A DNA stretch of 64,000 nucleotides from Bradyrhizobium sp. (lineage in GTDB: Bacteria > Pseudomonadota > Alphaproteobacteria > Rhizobiales > Xanthobacteraceae). The stretch is taken from positions 4,234-68,233 of the forward strand of contig NZ_SSNA01000121.1 of NCBI RefSeq assembly GCF_004799445.1. Direction: 5' to 3'. Positions 59,513 through 64,000 of this stretch are shown in pieces. The notes under the pieces are model-generated. The model was not told the origin of the DNA, searched no databases, and saw only the letters and a list, made by a program, of their open reading frames with translations. Every line of letters starts with the position of its first letter. Within the stretch, counting starts at the first letter, position 1. The position numbers were made by a program, and so were the translations under genes.

Positions 59513-60028
59513 CTACGGCGTCTTGATCCCCATCTCCTTCAACGCCGCCAGCATCCGCTGCGGCGGCTGCATCTTGATGACGAGCGCTTCGCCGGTTTCC
59601 AGCAGGCTCTTGAGGCTGGAGAGGATCGCCGGCCAGCCCTGACGCCCGCCTGACAGGATATCGTCACTGAGCGGCCGGTCATGCGCCTCGGTCATGGTGA
59701 GCCGGACCGCGTCGCCGGCGGGCTCGATCTCGTAGCTCACGAGCGTCGGTCCCAGCTTCTCGATCAACTCGGGCCAGTTGACGTTGAAAGTGAAGGTGAG
59801 TTTTTTCGGCGGATCGCATTCGATCACCTCGCCGCTGATATGCAGCGCGCCATCCGGCGTGCGCACGATATACGCGCCGCCCACCCTCAGATCGATTTCG
59901 ACGGCGTTGCCGAAGAAATACTTCCGGCTGAATTCGCTCATGGTCAGCGCTTGCCACACCTGCTCCGGCGTGGCGGCGATGTAGATGGTGTAGACGGTGG
60001 CGGGTTTGAAATGATCGATGTTCATCAC
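59513..60028 (-). CDS. SRPBCC (AHSA1/activator-of-Hsp90-ATPase-like) protein
   Basis: 171 aa; WPAILSSLKSLLETGE tail shared with the two upstream paralogs. Confidence 0.85.
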   Translation of the reverse strand: MMNIDHFKPATVYTIYIAATPEQVWQALTMSEFSRKYFFGNAVEIDLRVGGAYIVRTPDGALHISGEVIECDPPKKLTFTFNVNWPELIEKLGPTLVSYEIEPAGDAVRLTMTEAHDRPLSDDILSGGRQGWPAILSSLKSLLETGEALVIKMQPPQRMLAALKEMGIKTP

Positions 60029-60032
60029 ATCC

Positions 60033-60494
60033 TCAGCTGTCGAGCTTCAGCGCGGCGTAGGGGATATCGAGCGGCTGTCCGGTTTCAAGGATGCTCTTGA
60101 GGCTGGACAGGATGGCGGGCCATCCCTTGGAGATGCCTTCGAAAAACTTGCTGCCCTCGGCGAAGCCTTGATGGGTCAGCGTCAGCTTGACGAGCTTGCC
60201 ATACGGCTCGAGTATGAACGTCGCCAGCGCGGGGAATTCGTTTCGGTACTTGTCCGATTGATTCACGAAGGTATAGGCCAGCCGCCGCGGCGGGTCGCAT
60301 TCGACGACCTTGCCGGCGTCGGAGACGGTGCCATCGCTTCGCACCATCTCGAATGAGGAGCCCACCGTCCAGTCCGACCTGAGCCGGGCGCCGAACCAGT
60401 AACGTTCGGTGAAGTTGCCATCGGTCAAGGCATGCCAGAGTTTCTCCGGCGTGGTCTCGATATAGGTGACGTAGATGAATTCGGGCTTAGGCAT
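60033..60494 (-). CDS. SRPBCC (AHSA1-like) protein
   Basis: 153 aa; PEFIYVTYIETTPEKLWHALTDGNFTERYWFG. Confidence 0.85.
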   Translation of the reverse strand: MPKPEFIYVTYIETTPEKLWHALTDGNFTERYWFGARLRSDWTVGSSFEMVRSDGTVSDAGKVVECDPPRRLAYTFVNQSDKYRNEFPALATFILEPYGKLVKLTLTHQGFAEGSKFFEGISKGWPAILSSLKSILETGQPLDIPYAALKLDS

Positions 60495-60957
60495 GGGTCT
60501 CTTCCTTCTGCGAGCTCGACTTGAGGTCGGATGGCAGCGGGCGACCGGTTTCGAGGATGCTCTTCAGGCTCGCAAGCACCATCGGCCAGCCTTCCGAAAT
60601 ACCGAGGAAGGTCTTGCCGCCTTCGTCGAGGTTGTCATGCCTGACAGTCAATTTGACGATATTGCCGCGCGGTTCGAGATCGAAGGTCACGCGTGAGATT
60701 CGTTCATGCTTCAACTCGTCGGAGCAGGCTTCCCAGGTATAGGCGAGCTTCCTCGGCGGATCCGATATCAAGACCTTGCCCTTGGGCGACGGCCTTTCCG
60801 GGTGGGTGAAGCGATAGGGCGATCCGACCTTCCAGTCCGAGGCGACGCGGTGGCCGAACCAGTAGCGCTCGGTGAAGTCGCCGTCGGTCAAGGCGTGCCA
60901 GAGTTTCTCCGCCGAGGTCTCGATATAGGTGGTGTAGACGAATTCCGGTTTACTCAT
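60487..60957 (-). CDS. SRPBCC (AHSA1-like) protein
   Basis: 156 aa; PEFVYTTYIETSAEKLWHALTDGDFTERYWFG; overlaps both neighbours by 8 nt. Confidence 0.85.
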   Translation of the reverse strand: MSKPEFVYTTYIETSAEKLWHALTDGDFTERYWFGHRVASDWKVGSPYRFTHPERPSPKGKVLISDPPRKLAYTWEACSDELKHERISRVTFDLEPRGNIVKLTVRHDNLDEGGKTFLGISEGWPMVLASLKSILETGRPLPSDLKSSSQKEETHA

Positions 60958-61264
60958 CGCGCTTCTCCAGTTGCTTTTTCAGTTCGCTGAGCGCGGTCAA
61001 CTTGCCGCGCTCGAATTTCTTGATCCATCGCTCGCCGATCTGATGGATTGGCACCGGGTTGAGGTAGTGCAGCTTCTCGCGGCCATGCCTGAAGGTGGTG
61101 ACCAGGTTGGCGGCCTCGAGGATCGCAAGGTGCTTGGTCACCGCCTGCCGCGTCATGGCGAGGCCGTCGCAGAGTTCGTTCAGGGTCTGTCCGTTTTTGG
61201 CGTGAAGCCTGTCCAGCAAGGAGCGCCGCGACGCGTCAGCCAGTGCCTTGAAGACTTCATCCAT
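60950..61264 (-). CDS. ArsR/SmtB family transcriptional regulator
   Basis: 104 aa; FKALADASRRSLLDRL...ELCDGLAMTRQAVTKHLAILEAANLV. Confidence 0.88.
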   Translation of the reverse strand: MDEVFKALADASRRSLLDRLHAKNGQTLNELCDGLAMTRQAVTKHLAILEAANLVTTFRHGREKLHYLNPVPIHQIGERWIKKFERGKLTALSELKKQLEKRDE

Positions 61265-61267
61265 GGG

Positions 61268-61345
61268 TTAGTGCCGCCGATTTGAAGTCCCTGCAGTGCA
61301 ACCGGCAATTCGTATCAGGGACTTCAAATCGAAAAGCGGCACTAA
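61268..61345. promoter_or_regulatory. Large inverted repeat (26-bp stem with 4-nt bulge, 22-nt loop) abutting the arsR start codon
   Basis: Left arm TTAGTGCCGCCGATTTGAAGTCCCTG (61268..61293); right arm CAGGGACTTCAAATCGAAAAGCGGCACTAA (61316..61345). Confidence 0.6.
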
Positions 61346-61374
61346 AATCAACTCATTTTGCTAGTGCCCATGAT

Positions 61375-61461
61375 CTTTCCGAAGTTCGCGTAGGTGGTTG
61401 CTGAGACGGATGGCGAACTTCGGAAAGTGGGCGCTAGTATAATAGGCAACCAAATGGTTGC
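61375..61461. promoter_or_regulatory. Promoter-region palindromes upstream of the LVIVD gene
   Basis: CTTTCCGAAGTTCGC (61375..61389) / GCGAACTTCGGAAAG (61413..61427); TATAAT at 61438..61443; GCAACCAAATGGTTGC at 61446..61461. Confidence 0.45.
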
Positions 61462-61555
61462 ATGTCAAGGGCGGTGTTTTCGCAAAATGCGTTTTGGCGT
61501 GCTATGTAGCGCCAGCCAACGCAGATTGGTTTCGACAGCCTGGGTGGGAAAAAAC

Positions 61556-63013
61556 ATGAACCGTTACGTCAAACCGGCAGCTTTTCTTTCGGCCTTCTTC
61601 TTCCTCGGCGGCAGCGCTTGGGCCCAGAGCCAGATTATTCAGAGTCAGGTGATCGGGGCACCGCCCGAAGCCTCCAACATGAAACTGGTCGGGTACAGCG
61701 ACCTGCAGGCCCGCAGCGCCTATCAGCCGACCATCCATCATCAGGGCGACCGCTGGATCGCCTATGTCGGCCACCACGGCGGCACCGACGAGATTCCCGA
61801 TCCGGTCAATCCGATGACCGGAAAGGCCGAGCCGAACGGCACCTCGATCATCGACGTCACCGATCCTGCGCATCCGAAATACCTGCGTCACATTCCCGGA
61901 CAGGAAGGCAAGTACGAAGGCGGCGGCGCGCAGATGGTGCGCGTCTGCGACGGCAAGCAATTGCCGAAGGGCGATCCGAATGCGGTCTACATGCTGCGCA
62001 CTTTCGGCGGCGAAGCCCATGAAATCTGGAACGTCGCCGACCCCGTCAATCCAGCGCTCATCACGCGGATCGCCGGCCTGAAGGACACCCACAAGAACTG
62101 GTGGGAATGCCAGACCGGCATCGCCTTCCTGGTGTCGGGCCTGCCCGACTGGCGTACCCGCCGCATGACCATGATCTACGATCTCAGCGATCCCGCGCAT
62201 CCGGTCAAGATCAGGGATTTCGGCCTTCCCGGCCAGGAGCCCGGCGCAACCGGCGCGGTGCCGACCGAAGTGCACGGACCGATCTCGGCGGGCCCCGAGG
62301 GCAACCGCGTCTATTTCGGCTACGGCACCGACAAGGGCGGCTTCCTGCAGATCGTCGATCGCGACAAGCTGCTGAACGGGCCGAAAGAGCCGACGCCGGA
62401 CAACCTTCGCTATCCGGAAATTTCCCGGATGCCGATGTCGGCCTTCAACGGCGCCCACACCACCTTTCCGATGCTGAAAATGCCGATCGCCGAATTCGCC
62501 AAGGACAAGGACGGCAAAGACCGCGACATCGTCATGATCGTCGACGAGGAGATCCTGAACGAATGCGCCGAGCCGCGGCAGATGGTCTGGTTCGCCGACG
62601 TCACGGTTGAAAATCGTCCGATGATGATTTCGAGCTACACCGCGCGGGAGGCCAGTGGCGGGTTCTGCGACCGGGGAGGGCGGTTCGGCGCGCACTCCTC
62701 CAACGAAAGCATGGCGCCGGTCTTCTACAAGAAGATGGCGTTCATTTCGTACTTCAATGCCGGGGTGCGCGCGCTCGACATCCGCGATCCCTACCACCCG
62801 ACCGAGGTCGGCTATTTCATCCCCGCGATCACGGCCGCGACCGACAAACGCTGCGTCAAGATCGACGGCAAGGATCGCTGCAAGGTGGCGATCCAGACCA
62901 ACAATGTCGAGACCGATGAGCGCGGCTATATCTATATCGTCGATCGCGCCAACACCGGCCTGCACATTCTGGAACTGACGGGCCCGGCGCGCGCCGTGGC
63001 CGGCCTGCCATAG
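61556..63013 (+). CDS. Secreted LVIVD-repeat beta-propeller protein
   Basis: Within ORF 61394..63013; start at MNRYVKPAAFLSAFFFLGGSAWAQ (signal peptide); LVIVD-like strands GFLQIVDRD, DIVMIVDEE, YIYIVDRANTGLHILEL. Confidence 0.85.
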   Translation: MNRYVKPAAFLSAFFFLGGSAWAQSQIIQSQVIGAPPEASNMKLVGYSDLQARSAYQPTIHHQGDRWIAYVGHHGGTDEIPDPVNPMTGKAEPNGTSIIDVTDPAHPKYLRHIPGQEGKYEGGGAQMVRVCDGKQLPKGDPNAVYMLRTFGGEAHEIWNVADPVNPALITRIAGLKDTHKNWWECQTGIAFLVSGLPDWRTRRMTMIYDLSDPAHPVKIRDFGLPGQEPGATGAVPTEVHGPISAGPEGNRVYFGYGTDKGGFLQIVDRDKLLNGPKEPTPDNLRYPEISRMPMSAFNGAHTTFPMLKMPIAEFAKDKDGKDRDIVMIVDEEILNECAEPRQMVWFADVTVENRPMMISSYTAREASGGFCDRGGRFGAHSSNESMAPVFYKKMAFISYFNAGVRALDIRDPYHPTEVGYFIPAITAATDKRCVKIDGKDRCKVAIQTNNVETDERGYIYIVDRANTGLHILELTGPARAVAGLP

Positions 63014-63021
63014 GGCATGCG

Positions 63022-63567
63022 ATGAAGATGCGTGGACTGCTGATATCAGCGTTTGCCGTGGCGATTTTCGCCGCCTCAGGCGTCGCCGGTTATCAGCATG
63101 TCCGCGCCACAGGCGCGGGCTGGCGCGAAATCGCATGGCCGTTCCCGCGCGATGGCTGGCCCGCCGGGCGCGCCTTCCGTTGCGAAACCGAAGTCTGCGG
63201 CAGCGAGGTCGAAGTCTATCTGCGGCCCGAGATCGGCTTCTGCAATTGCGACACCGGGGTGGCCGACGACGACGAAGTCGACCGCGTCGCCGATCTCGAT
63301 CTGATCAGCGAGCGTTTCGTCCCGCTTCGGGAAGGTGAGGTGATCCGCGTCGCCGATATGCAGGGGCGATTGCGGACCTATGATCTGCACCTGACCGGCG
63401 GCGTGCGGCACAGCGCGATCGGCATCGCGGTATCGCGCGGCTGCGACCTCATGGTCGCGGTCGCGCAGGGAACGGGGGCTGCGCCCGACGTCCAGCGCGT
63501 GGCGCTGGATTTCCTCGCCTCGCGCGACATCACGCGCTGGATGACGAAGGCGATGGACGGGGGTTGA
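63022..63567 (+). CDS. Hypothetical membrane-anchored or secreted Cys-containing protein, coupled to the LVIVD gene
   Basis: 181 aa; N-terminal hydrophobic MKMRGLLISAFAVAIFAASGVAG; RCETEVCGSEVEV...GFCNCDTG; starts 8 nt after the LVIVD stop. Confidence 0.6.
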   Translation: MKMRGLLISAFAVAIFAASGVAGYQHVRATGAGWREIAWPFPRDGWPAGRAFRCETEVCGSEVEVYLRPEIGFCNCDTGVADDDEVDRVADLDLISERFVPLREGEVIRVADMQGRLRTYDLHLTGGVRHSAIGIAVSRGCDLMVAVAQGTGAAPDVQRVALDFLASRDITRWMTKAMDGG

Positions 63568-63582
63568 GGCGCGCGGTTCCTT

Positions 63583-63732
63583 ACCTCGCCCCGCTTGCGG
63601 GGAGAGGTCGATGCACGAAGTGCATCGGGTGAGGGGTACTCTCCGCGAACCGAGCCCGAGGAGAATTCCCCTCACCCCGACCCTCTAAGAGCGAGCTTTC
63701 GCTCGTCTCGACCCCGCAAGCGGGGAGAGGGA
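63583..63732. repeat. Repeat family A (REP-like) copy
   Basis: CCTCGCCCCGCTTGCGGGGAGAGG...GGGTGAGGGGTACTCTC...CCCCTCACCCCGACCCTCT...CCCCGCAAGCGGGGAGAGG. Confidence 0.85.
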
Positions 63733-63807
63733 GAAGCGCCGCGACTTCCGTTCGTCGGAGTAACCATGCATAATCGAGAACACATCTCGATTAACGCGAG
63801 TCCCGCC

Positions 63808-64000
63808 ATGTCCCTCCAGGTCTACCTTGCTTTCGTCGCCGCCTGCATTGCGCTGGCGCTGCTGCCGGGTCCGGTCGTGACGCTGGTCATCGCCAACGGC
63901 CTGCGCCACGGCACCCGCGCGGCGCTGACCAACATCGCCGGCGTGCAGGCGGGCCTGGCGATCGTGATCGGCATTGTCGCGGTCGGGCTGACCTCGCTGA
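63808..64000 (+). CDS. LysE/RhtB family amino-acid exporter, 3' end outside window
   Basis: Hand-translated MSLQVYLAFVAACIALALLPGPVVTLVIANGLRHGTRAAL...; open to the window end. Confidence 0.8.
   Translation, partial: MSLQVYLAFVAACIALALLPGPVVTLVIANGLRHGTRAALTNIAGVQAGLAIVIGIVAVGLTSL

Overview
GC-rich chromosomal segment (GC not computed). Gene content and dense short interspersed repeats suggest an alphaproteobacterium of the Bradyrhizobium/Rhodopseudomonas type; this assignment is an inference. About 60 credible protein genes are present, mostly housekeeping or metabolic. They include a GGDEF/EAL protein, glpD, a PotABC-like importer, a CUT1 sugar importer, AsmA, scoAB, a GntR-aldehyde dehydrogenase-MFS cluster, and a microoxia/NO patch (hemN, tandem USP, DUF302, DUF1858, NnrR-like Crp/Fnr regulator, nnrS). 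They also include a 1120-aa PAS histidine kinase beside two phasin genes, tRNA-His, an orphan ParA-like ATPase, an AarC-like CoA-transferase, a DHDPS-like gene with two secreted NHL-propeller genes, trxB with an LsrB/VtlR-like LysR gene, Lrp, DoxX, greA, carB and carA (separated by a methyltransferase, dps and a thioesterase), a Rieske/FAD reductase, an acyl-CoA synthetase, an ArsR gene with three SRPBCC paralogs, an LVIVD-propeller gene pair and a partial LysE gene. No CRISPR array, transposase, integrase, prophage or recognisable defence system was seen. The signals most worth a second look are non-protein or sub-threshold. (1) Two tandem, promoter-plus-terminator-bounded sRNA candidates with CU-rich anti-SD motifs lie directly downstream of trxB-lsrB, an AbcR-like arrangement. 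The second terminator sits 42 nt before the DHDPS-like start codon. (2) A 77-nt tRNA-Cys-like cloverleaf with an 8-nt anticodon loop is followed by about 280 nt of GC-rich RNA with alternative-pairing boxes and a strong terminator 30 nt upstream of carB. (3) Two paralogous 44/47-codon membrane ORFs are missing from the ORF track. (4) A 26-bp-stem hairpin abuts the arsR start codon, and further palindromes lie in the divergent LVIVD promoter. (5) FixK/FNR- and NnrR-type boxes lie upstream of hemN, nnrS, the DUF1858 gene and the CoA-transferase gene. At least seven families of short interspersed palindromic repeats fill most intergenic gaps. Most long ORFs antisense to real genes are GC-driven artefacts.
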